From Terriglobia bacterium (GTDB lineage: Bacteria; Acidobacteriota; Terriglobia; Acidiferrales; UBA7541), in NCBI GenBank assembly GCA_963695545.1, contig OY968796.1, forward strand, positions 2,752,001 through 2,816,000: DNA of 64,000 bases, written 5' to 3'. Position numbers and translations under genes: made by a program. Shown one piece after another: positions 19,970 to 28,125 of the stretch. Every line of letters begins with the position of its first letter. Positions within the stretch are counted from its first letter, which is position 1. A model generated the notes under the pieces. It saw nothing but the letters and a program-made list of their open reading frames with translations, ran no database searches and had not been told where the DNA came from.

Positions 19970-21708
19970 GGCGCGCAGGTTGAAGCGTCAGCGGGAATGC
20001 CGGACGCGAGCCATTCGATCACTGTTTGCCTTCCGTGCAGTTTGACCAGCGACGCGACGCGGTTTTGTGCCGCGGCATAGGCTTTTTCCTCGTCATTGCG
20101 GTTGGCAGCGTCTAGAAGGCCGGCTTCCATCTGCTGGTCCGTCATGGCGGAAGCATTCGCCGGCTGCGCGTCGGGATTCGCGAGATAGAGGACGATCCCT
20201 TCGCGAAACCAGAGCGGCGTGTTCGGTTTTGCGCGCGACTCCACCAGAAGATGAAAGAATTCATGGCGCAGCGTGGATTCGACGATGGAGCGGCGCTGCA
20301 ATTCAATGAGCGGCTGCAGTCGAATGACGTGGCCGCGCACGGAGGCGGCGATCCAGCCGGGCTCGCCGGTGGTATCGCGATAAGAATCCATCGTCGGAAA
20401 CAATTGGAGTTGCGGGCGGAAAGCGAGTTGCCAGCCGATGGCGCGCTCGTCGTCCTCGAGGATGCGGTCGGCGATGGACAAGATTGCGGCATCGGCCTGT
20501 GGATTCGTGCTGAGGAGATCGAGGCGTTCGCTCGATTGTTTCTGCCAGATTTCGGCGCGAGCCGAGACGAGTTCGGTGTCGGGATAATAGAAGTTCAGGA
20601 TGTCGCGATAGGTTTTTCTCTCGCGCGCCATTTCTTCCGCGCCGGCCTGGCAGAGGCCGACGCCGTGGCCCGATCCGCGGCCTGAGAAAACAATCTGGCC
20701 GCCGGTGCTGTTGACGTCGTAGAGATCGCTGCGAATTTTGTTCCAGCCCAGGGCTCGATCAACCGCAAAACGAAACGTGGAAGCGGCAAGCGGAACATTC
20801 GCGGGAGTTCCGCCGGTGAAATTCAAGCGTTGCGCGCGGCCGCTCGCGGTGCGTGAGGCGACTTCGAGATTTGTCCAGTGCGCTGGGAGCAAGAGGCCGG
20901 CGGCACGCAGGGCGTGATCGATATCGGCGATGGAGATCGTGGTCTCCCACTTAAGAGTGCCGGCGGCGAGGCAGTATGGATCGGCATGCGCGACGAGATA
21001 GGGCTCGTGATTCGTGGGCCACTCCTCGGAGCTGGCCGCGATGGCACCGCCGCAATTCTGATGGTAGTAAGTTTCGGCGGGAGCGCCGGCGTAGGACAAG
21101 GTTTGGCCGCGCGTGTCGTCTACTGCGGCGGCGATTCGCGGGGCAACCGCATCGAGGCTCATGGCCTGGCAATGCGTAGTGTCGCAGAAATCGAACCCCT
21201 GCTTCGCGTGCCTGCCGCGAAAACGCAGAGCGTAAGTGCGGATTGCGACCGCCATGGCTTTCAAGGATTCCGATTGCTTGAAATCGCCGCTTTCGGCAGC
21301 GAGGACGGCCTTGACGTAATCTTCGATCGGCATATTGACCGTGATCAGAAGCTGGCCGCCGAGCGTGCGGATGCGCAGTGGGAACTCCGATGAGAATGGC
21401 GGCGCATCCGCGCTGGCCGGCGGATGGAGTTGGTAGTTTCCCGCGATGTAAAGGTCCGGCGTTGTTTGCTCGGCGGTGGATTGCGAGGGTTCGAGCGTTA
21501 GTCCGGAAATTGTGGCCGCAACGGAGAGGCTCGCGCCGGTTTTGGCGGGACACGTAGGGCAGGTTCGCCAGGTGATCGCGTCGTCTGTGGCGGCAATGGT
21601 GATGTTTGCTGGCGGGTGCGCGGCGTAGAGGCGCACATCGAAGCTCTGCGCGCGCAGCGCGCACGCGGGAGCGACGCAGAGAATTGCGGCGATGAGTTTC
21701 CATTTCAT
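19963..21708 (-). CDS. SpoIID/LytB-domain protein (YfaQ-like) with C-terminal HExxH peptidase-like domain
   Basis: IEDYV..VL.AE, LKAMAVA.RTYA, DFCDTTHCQ, G.GHGVGLCQ.GA..MA, IL.FYYP; then LRHEFFH...PLWFREG; signal peptide. Confidence 0.88.
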   Translation of the reverse strand: MKWKLIAAILCVAPACALRAQSFDVRLYAAHPPANITIAATDDAITWRTCPTCPAKTGASLSVAATISGLTLEPSQSTAEQTTPDLYIAGNYQLHPPASADAPPFSSEFPLRIRTLGGQLLITVNMPIEDYVKAVLAAESGDFKQSESLKAMAVAIRTYALRFRGRHAKQGFDFCDTTHCQAMSLDAVAPRIAAAVDDTRGQTLSYAGAPAETYYHQNCGGAIAASSEEWPTNHEPYLVAHADPYCLAAGTLKWETTISIADIDHALRAAGLLLPAHWTNLEVASRTASGRAQRLNFTGGTPANVPLAASTFRFAVDRALGWNKIRSDLYDVNSTGGQIVFSGRGSGHGVGLCQAGAEEMARERKTYRDILNFYYPDTELVSARAEIWQKQSSERLDLLSTNPQADAAILSIADRILEDDERAIGWQLAFRPQLQLFPTMDSYRDTTGEPGWIAASVRGHVIRLQPLIELQRRSIVESTLRHEFFHLLVESRAKPNTPLWFREGIVLYLANPDAQPANASAMTDQQMEAGLLDAANRNDEEKAYAAAQNRVASLVKLHGRQTVIEWLASGIPADASTCAPQ

Positions 21709-22631
21709 TGTGGCCGCCGATTTTTTGCAAACGCGGCGAAGACCGATTGAGCGACGGCGGCGGCATCCATCCCGCGGCCTTGTTCTAGAAAGACGACCAT
21801 CACGATTTCCGGATGGTCGGCTGGCGCGTAGCCGACGAAAAAGCCGTGCGTGCGCGGCGTGTTCGCGGATGCGGCGGTTCCGGTTTTGCCGGCGATCTTC
21901 ATGCTGTCTACAAATGCAGCATGCGCCATGCCAAATGCGACGGAGTCCTCAAGGCCCGCGAAGACGGGAGCGTCGGCGCCGAGATCGCCGGTGCGCTTTC
22001 GTAGCGCGAGCTGGCGATAGGCTTCGAGGAGACTTATCGGCGTGACTTCGATTCCTCGGGCGCCGAGAGCTTCGAGCTGCAAATCCTGCTGATTCGCTGG
22101 GACGGAGATGTGGCCGACGGATTCGTTGTCCGCGAGGCCGCTTGGGGAGTCGAGGCCAGCGCGACGGAAGGCGGTGACCAGTTCGAGAGCGCTGAGTCGT
22201 CGCGCGACCGTTGCGACGTAGGTGTTGCAGGAATAGGCGATGGCGTTTTCGGCGTTCAGTTCGGTGATGGATGCGGGGTGTGTGCAGTCCATTTCGATTG
22301 AGCCGATGCGGAATTTGCGCCGGCAAAAAATGCGCTGAGCGGGATCGAGTTTCCCGGATTCGAGAAGCGCGTCCAGGACGAAGGGCTTGAGAGTGGAGCC
22401 GGGTCGCTCGAGACTCTTTTCGGCGGATTCGAGATTGTGCGCGGCGAGGATCGCGCCGGAGGAGACATCCATCACCACGAGCGCGCCGGAGTGCGCGGCC
22501 ATGGCTCGGTCGGCGGCTTGCTGGAGGATGGCATCGCGCGCGGGCGCGGCGGCGGAGGGAGAAACGGCCAGGGCTGCGGCGAGGAACATCGTGGCCGAGC
22601 GGGAACTGAGTTGTGGTTGCACGATTTTCAC
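21705..22631 (-). CDS. Penicillin-binding protein consisting of a transpeptidase domain only
   Basis: SxxK (PGSTLKP), SxN (YSCN), KTG (AGKTGTA); ATGA overlap with the SpoIID gene. Start GTG 22631 or ATG 22589. Confidence 0.85.
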   Translation of the reverse strand: MKIVQPQLSSRSATMFLAAALAVSPSAAAPARDAILQQAADRAMAAHSGALVVMDVSSGAILAAHNLESAEKSLERPGSTLKPFVLDALLESGKLDPAQRIFCRRKFRIGSIEMDCTHPASITELNAENAIAYSCNTYVATVARRLSALELVTAFRRAGLDSPSGLADNESVGHISVPANQQDLQLEALGARGIEVTPISLLEAYRQLALRKRTGDLGADAPVFAGLEDSVAFGMAHAAFVDSMKIAGKTGTAASANTPRTHGFFVGYAPADHPEIVMVVFLEQGRGMDAAAVAQSVFAAFAKNRRPQ

Positions 22632-22765
22632 GGGCCTCAATATGCATCGGGGGCGGCGCGGTGTCCAAACTAAACGTCGCTGGCGAGGGAGCGGCCGCGC
22701 GCACTGCGGATTTTGCCGCGGCGAGTGAAGTCGTAAGTTGATGAAAAACAATCGGATGAATTCGA

Positions 22766-22950
22766 GGGGGGGTACACCCCCGGTATGTTTTGCGTAACGG
22801 ACTCATAAGGCAGGAGTTCCAGGAAAAGAGTGCAGATGTGTGCGCAATTGATTGCAAATAAAAGACTTAGCGACGGGCCTTTGTCCAGTGTTTTCAATGA
22901 TTTGCGCATTTTTTTGGAGGAGTGCGGAATCGATTGAAAATAAACGGGTT
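22766..22950. repeat. AT-rich non-coding element with G7-TACA-C5 end and three related 26-28 bp units; copy 1 of a dispersed family
   Basis: Units at 22841-22868, 22883-22908 (inverted) and 22923-22950; its reverse complement is colinear with 49510-49608. Confidence 0.6.
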
Positions 22951-23133
22951 GCTGGGGCAAGAAAAGAGGGGCGCGGATGAATGCAAATTGGCTAGACGCG
23001 CCGCGGGGAAAAGTCGAGGCAGCGAACAATTCGAATGGATTGCGCGTGAACATTCAGAAGCATAGCATGGATATATCTCAGCGTCAAGTAAAATATAAGT
23101 ATTCGATATAATACTCACAGGCCGGCTTGGAAC

Positions 23134-23161
23134 TGGCGAATGGCGAGTAGTTAGTGGCGAG
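23134..23161 (+). repeat. Short heptameric tandem repeat
   Basis: tggcgaa-tggcgag-tagttag-tggcgag. Confidence 0.45.
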
Positions 23162-23293
23162 CGCTTGCGGAGTGCCAAGCGGGAGATTGGCGTTCCCGGG
23201 AGAAAGCGGGGATTAATCGCGAAGGTGCGGATCCCCTGGAGAAACGATCCACTCGTGCATACTCGGGTCTCGTTTGCGATGGCAGTCAGTATC

Positions 23294-23322
23294 TTGACAG
23301 CGGCGGTAACACGGAATAGGCT
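23294..23322 (+). promoter_or_regulatory. Putative sigma70 promoter for the membrane hydrolase gene
   Basis: TTGACA, 17 bp, TAGGCT; about 30 bp upstream of ATG 23352. Confidence 0.55.
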
Positions 23323-23351
23323 CGCGCAAAGTTTTTCGGAGACGCAAACAC

Positions 23352-25370
23352 ATGACAGATTCCACTGAGCCAGAAGGAAAACGGGCGCCTGACGGAAGTG
23401 CCGCGCCCGACAGATACGAGATTGCGCAGCCGGAGTCTTATCCGGCGTTTTCGAGCCCAACCGTGACTCCGGAGACAGCAGCTCCGGGTGCGGCGCCGGC
23501 GGCAACCGCAATCGCGGAGACGGACTTTGCGCCGCGCATGTTGCCCGCTGAAGCAGAGCGCGGTCCATACGCGGAGTCTTGGGACGACGGTGACAAGACC
23601 GCGCCCGCGGCGGCGGACAAACCGAGTTTCTTCTCTTCGCACCTGAAGAGGACGAAAGAAAAAGAGGCGCACGGCGTTCGCGAAAAGCGCGCGGTCTGGA
23701 TCGTGCATGGCATGGGGCAACAAATTCCGTTTGAGACTGTCGACAACTTGACGCAGGGCCTGCTGAGCGTGGCTTCGCCCAAGGGAGTGACGCCGCGGCT
23801 GCGCACGGTGAAGCTGGGCAACCAAACGATGCAGCGCGTGGAATTGGATGTGGACGGCGTGGAGATGAAGGATGGCAAGCCGCTGCGCCAGTATGAATTG
23901 CATCTTTACGAGGCGTATTGGGCGCCGGAGACGGAGGGCGTGGCGAAACTGCAGGACGTCATGAGTTTTCTTTGGGATGGGGCTTTGCGCGGACTGCTGA
24001 ATTCTTTGGAGAGTTTCAGGCGAGCGATGTTCGGCGGAATGCAGACGTTTCGGATTCACAAGCGAACGGCGATCTGGATTTCGATAACGCTGTTGCTTCT
24101 GCTGGCCCTCGGAGTGATCAATGCAGTGGTGGTGGCAGCGGGGGCCGCGGCTGCGGCGGCGAAAATTGGCGTGTCTTCCCTGGGCTCTCTGCCGTTCGGT
24201 TCTTATTGGCCGCCGCTGACGGCGCTGGCGAGTTGGATGACGGCCGTCGCGTTTACGTTCGGGACGGTGCTTTATCTGGCGGAACTAAGCAGACCGGACA
24301 ATTTGCCGCACGTGATTCGCGTGGCGATTTCGGTTTTAGGCTGGGCGGCGACGGCCGCCACAGCGGCGACGATTCTGGCGACGGCGGGCGTGATGGCGCT
24401 GGCGACGGACACGGATTGGGCGCGCGGGTGGCTCGAACATTTGCCGCAAGCGAAACTGCAGGCGTTTGCGACGCTGCTGATATTGAGCTGCGCTGCGGTG
24501 GTGGCGGCGTCCATGGGGTGGCGCGGGCATTTGCGATCGTCGGAACAGGAATTGCGGGCGAATCCATTCTTGTTGTTCTTGTTTGCGCTGGCCTTCGCGA
24601 TTCATATCGTTGCCGTGGGCGCTCCGCTGATGCGTTTGGCGGGCCATCATTTCCATGTGACGTTGCCGGCGTATTTGAATTGGGCGTCGAACTCGATTTG
24701 GGTGTGGCCATTCCTGATCGCGCTGAGCACGAAGGTGCGCACGATCATGGTGGAGTATGTGGGCGACGTGGCGATCTATGTGCAGCCGAACAAAGTGGAT
24801 CGCTTCAGCAAGGTTCGCGACGAAATCAAGAAGACCGTGAGCGATGTGGCCTCGGCAATTTATCTGGCATGCGAGGCGGGCACGAACGATTTTCTGTATC
24901 ACGAGGTCGCGGCGGTGGGGCATTCGCTGGGATCGGTGATCGCCTACGACACGCTGAACCGGTTGATGCTGGACGATTGGCTCGGGCGGAATCATCTGGG
25001 GATTGCGGATCGGACGAATTCGCTGGTGACGTTCGGTTCGCCACTGGACAAGACCGCGTTTTTCTTTACCATCCAAGGCAAACAGACGCTGCATATCCGC
25101 GAGCGATTGGCCGCGACGGTGCAGCCGATCATCGAGAGCTACCGGAAATTCCGCAAATTCCGGTGGATCAACGTGTATTCGGGAAACGACGTGGTTTCAG
25201 GGAAACTGATTTTTTACGACCTGACGGATATGCAGACGCCGAAGGAAGTGCCGCCGCTGGCCGTGCACAATCTGATCGATCCGAATGCGTCGGTTCCACT
25301 CGTGGCCCACGTGGACTATTGGAAGAATGAACTCGTGTGGACGCAGCTGATGCAGCAGATCGCGCCGTAG
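23352..25370 (+). CDS. Alpha/beta-hydrolase (lipase-like) with a large multi-TM insertion
   Basis: IVHGMGQQ and YEAYWAP, then a hydrophobic block, then GHSLG, VTFGSPL, WINVY..NDVVSG, AHVDYW. Confidence 0.75.
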   Translation: MTDSTEPEGKRAPDGSAAPDRYEIAQPESYPAFSSPTVTPETAAPGAAPAATAIAETDFAPRMLPAEAERGPYAESWDDGDKTAPAAADKPSFFSSHLKRTKEKEAHGVREKRAVWIVHGMGQQIPFETVDNLTQGLLSVASPKGVTPRLRTVKLGNQTMQRVELDVDGVEMKDGKPLRQYELHLYEAYWAPETEGVAKLQDVMSFLWDGALRGLLNSLESFRRAMFGGMQTFRIHKRTAIWISITLLLLLALGVINAVVVAAGAAAAAAKIGVSSLGSLPFGSYWPPLTALASWMTAVAFTFGTVLYLAELSRPDNLPHVIRVAISVLGWAATAATAATILATAGVMALATDTDWARGWLEHLPQAKLQAFATLLILSCAAVVAASMGWRGHLRSSEQELRANPFLLFLFALAFAIHIVAVGAPLMRLAGHHFHVTLPAYLNWASNSIWVWPFLIALSTKVRTIMVEYVGDVAIYVQPNKVDRFSKVRDEIKKTVSDVASAIYLACEAGTNDFLYHEVAAVGHSLGSVIAYDTLNRLMLDDWLGRNHLGIADRTNSLVTFGSPLDKTAFFFTIQGKQTLHIRERLAATVQPIIESYRKFRKFRWINVYSGNDVVSGKLIFYDLTDMQTPKEVPPLAVHNLIDPNASVPLVAHVDYWKNELVWTQLMQQIAP

Positions 25371-25384
25371 GCCGCTGGAGGATA

Positions 25385-25419
25385 ACGCAGAGGCGCAGAG
25401 GACGCGGAGCCTAGCAGAG
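25385..25419 (+). repeat. Degenerate (C)GCAGAG short repeat between convergent genes
   Basis: acgcagag-gcgcagag-gacgcggag-cctagcagag. Confidence 0.5.
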
Positions 25420-25499
25420 ACGGAACGACAACCGAAAGCACTTCTTCTGCAAACCGTAAAGGCGTGCCCCGACGACGGCCATTTGCGCGGTGATTTCTG

Positions 25500-26585
25500 C
25501 TAGATGAGATGTTCGAGCTTTACGTGTTCCTGCGCGTAGGCGCGGCCAAGTTCGCGTAACTCCGGGATCATCTTCACGTCGTCTAGCTTCGACAATTTGG
25601 AATCCGCGAGCAGCAACGCCTGGGCTTCTTTTCCCAGAAACGACCGATTGTAGCGGACGTAACTGAACCATTTGCGGCCAGGGAGATCGAGGCCGACAAG
25701 GTCGCCGATTTCGGAATCGATGGTGTCGCCATGGAGGCATTCACCGAGGCAGCGGCAAAGATAATCCTGCTCGAGAGCGATGCCCTGAATCAACGCCGCG
25801 GGAATTCGAGGCAAATTGAAGCCCAGCCACATTTGCTTTGCGGTGGTGTCAAAGGCCGCGGTGGAGAAACGCATCGCGCCGATGGAAATCATGCGAATTT
25901 TGTCCGGGCCGGGCTCCCAGGCGATTTTGTAAGGTGGGAGCACAGCGGTGAGCGCGGCGATCAACGCGGGATTGTTATACGGCGTGATGCCGCCATCCAC
26001 AAAAACGTGAAGACGATCGCCAAGCATGATTTGTTCAGGATCGAAGTACGTGGGCGCGGCAGTGCTGGCGCGCACGAGCTTGAAAAGAGGAATATTCAGA
26101 TTGCAATCCGCGAGACTGGAATCGTTGTAGAGGGCTTTGGGATTGTTGGTGACGGGCCAGGCCGAACCGGTGGTCTGATTGCGGACTACCACGAGCAACA
26201 GGGTTTTTAGTTTCCTGGTACTCAAGAGGGCGGGGATTTTACCCGCGCCGTCTTCCGAAAAAGTGCGCTGGAGGAGTTCGGAGAGAGGCTTGGCTTCGTA
26301 GCGGGAGTGGATGTACTTCTTCGGGTTGTACCAGGGAACGGGCTCGAACATGGTTCTGCCGTGTTGAACGTAGACGTCCATGATGGTTTGCGCGTCCATC
26401 CCCCAACTGAGGGCCGTGGCGATCATCGCGCCGGTGCTGGTGCCAGCGATGAAATCGAAATGATCCGCGAGCATGAGTTTCGGATTGCCGTAATGTTCGC
26501 GAAGCAATTCCTGCATGCGGAGCAGAATCTCAAGCGTGAAAACGCCGCGAATTCCGCCGCCGTCGAGGGAGAGAATGTGTTTCAT
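25500..26585 (-). CDS. Patatin-like phospholipase
   Basis: LSLDGGGIRG, AGTSTG (catalytic Ser), RASTAAPTYF, FVDGG (catalytic Asp), NNPA. Confidence 0.93.
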   Translation of the reverse strand: MKHILSLDGGGIRGVFTLEILLRMQELLREHYGNPKLMLADHFDFIAGTSTGAMIATALSWGMDAQTIMDVYVQHGRTMFEPVPWYNPKKYIHSRYEAKPLSELLQRTFSEDGAGKIPALLSTRKLKTLLLVVVRNQTTGSAWPVTNNPKALYNDSSLADCNLNIPLFKLVRASTAAPTYFDPEQIMLGDRLHVFVDGGITPYNNPALIAALTAVLPPYKIAWEPGPDKIRMISIGAMRFSTAAFDTTAKQMWLGFNLPRIPAALIQGIALEQDYLCRCLGECLHGDTIDSEIGDLVGLDLPGRKWFSYVRYNRSFLGKEAQALLLADSKLSKLDDVKMIPELRELGRAYAQEHVKLEHLI

Positions 26586-26589
26586 GGGA

Positions 26590-28092
26590 TTATTTGCTCG
26601 GCAGCTTGCGATGCCGAATGACGGATCTCCACTCGATCACCTCGATCAGAAGAGCGCGCTCGATGCGATTGGCCACGTGTAGCACGCTGGACCAAGTGCG
26701 CAGGCGTTCGAGCTGTTTATCCCATTCGGCGAGCAGGTAGTACATTTCGCGATAGCGCTGCCGGCGCCGTTCACAATCATTCACCACAATCAGCGCGCCC
26801 GCAACCGTGGCGATCTCGAAAGCGACCGAGGCCGCGAGAGCGAGGCCGTGCTCCCAGGGTAGCAAATTGGCACTGTGGAAATGACGAGCGCCGGTGTAGA
26901 GCCAGACGTTTGCCAGAATCGCAAGAACGATTGAGATGCGGATCACGGCGTGATACGTCTCCGCCTCCGCGTTTGATTTCGCGGCGTGTCTTTTGAAGTA
27001 GGCAAGCTGGTCGGCCACGCGTTCATCGCGATAGTGTTGCTTGAATTCTTGGAGGGGCATTTTGGCTTGCGCGCGATCGCGCATTTTCAGGAGATTGAGC
27101 GAGATCAGCAAGCCGGAGAATTCGGGGATGACTTCCGGTCCGATGACTTGATAGGCAGTCGGCGCGTGCCAAAAAGCCAGAACGGAGCGGCACACTTCGG
27201 CCGCGGTGCGCGTGCGCGCCCACACATTTTGCCGCCCGTGCAAACGCAGCGCGATCGGAAGCACGGCGGCCGCGACGCCCAGCGCCGATCCGACGGAGAG
27301 CAATAGGCCCACGTTGTGGGCCCAGGAAGCGGCTCCAGTGAAGAGCGCGGCGGCCGCGGTACAGATAATGGGGATGGCCGCCAAGCGGCGGAGCTGCGGC
27401 GAGGATTGGTTCGCGCACTCGTCCATTTTGCGGAACCAGGCCCAGACCAAGCCCTGGGGCGTGTGAGTTTCGGCGTCCTCTTTCGGGTCGGGCAGATTGT
27501 TCAGGAAATCGAGCTCGGGATCGTGGAGCAGCTCCTGCTCGGATTTCTTATTGAAGGTGTGCGCTTCGCCGGTCGCACTGTGGAACCACACCACGGGTCT
27601 GCCGAGATCCTTGGCAAACGACACGATGTCTTCGGTGCCGCCCATGCCCTGCGACGCTTCGCCATTCCAGAGCGCGACGAGCAGCCGGCTTTGCTGCACG
27701 GTTTCGATGCCGCATTCGTAATAGAGCTCGTCGCGCGGCTGATTGCCCCCCGTGATCTCGACGGAGACGGCTTTCTTCATGATCTTCTCGGCGCGGGCCC
27801 AAGTGGGCTCGTCGAAATCTTCGCGGAATTGTTCGACGGGCATGGGCAGAAGAACCAGAAGGGGAATTTCCAATTCAATGCAACTTTCATCGAAGAGCAG
27901 ATCGGCGCCGGCGGCGACGGAGGCCACGCCGTAGATCATGCCCGGGGCGGCGGCCTTTCGCTCGCTGAGAAAGTCGTAGAGGAGCTTTCGGCACTTCGAT
28001 TCGTCGGGAAGGGTGCGGTGCCCAGTAAATCCGATGGCCAGCGTCGCCGGAAGCCGGATCGAAGAGGATGTCGCGCTCGGCTGTGGCGTCAT
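26590..28092 (-). CDS. SLOG-superfamily domain fused to two SLATT/DUF4231-like 2-TM modules
   Basis: IGFTGHR, A.GADLLF.E, LLP, LVALWNG...GGT.DIV..A...GRPV (SLOG); TM pair plus W.RTR.AAE..RS; R..DQ..YF, second TM pair, Y..M...E..L..E...W. Confidence 0.75.
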   Translation of the reverse strand: MTPQPSATSSSIRLPATLAIGFTGHRTLPDESKCRKLLYDFLSERKAAAPGMIYGVASVAAGADLLFDESCIELEIPLLVLLPMPVEQFREDFDEPTWARAEKIMKKAVSVEITGGNQPRDELYYECGIETVQQSRLLVALWNGEASQGMGGTEDIVSFAKDLGRPVVWFHSATGEAHTFNKKSEQELLHDPELDFLNNLPDPKEDAETHTPQGLVWAWFRKMDECANQSSPQLRRLAAIPIICTAAAALFTGAASWAHNVGLLLSVGSALGVAAAVLPIALRLHGRQNVWARTRTAAEVCRSVLAFWHAPTAYQVIGPEVIPEFSGLLISLNLLKMRDRAQAKMPLQEFKQHYRDERVADQLAYFKRHAAKSNAEAETYHAVIRISIVLAILANVWLYTGARHFHSANLLPWEHGLALAASVAFEIATVAGALIVVNDCERRRQRYREMYYLLAEWDKQLERLRTWSSVLHVANRIERALLIEVIEWRSVIRHRKLPSK

Positions 28093-28125
28093 GGTTCGGC
28101 CTGCTCGAGAGCGGGCACGGTCAGA

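Noticed and set aside
22766..23161. Possible CRISPR array or replication origin
   Set aside because: Units are degenerate, mixed in orientation and irregularly spaced; no cas, dnaA or rep genes and no clear DnaA boxes.
25500..28092. Calling patatin plus SLOG-SLATT a CBASS or Thoeris system
   Set aside because: No CD-NTase, TIR or SIR2 gene is recognisable in the window; only component-level similarity is supported.
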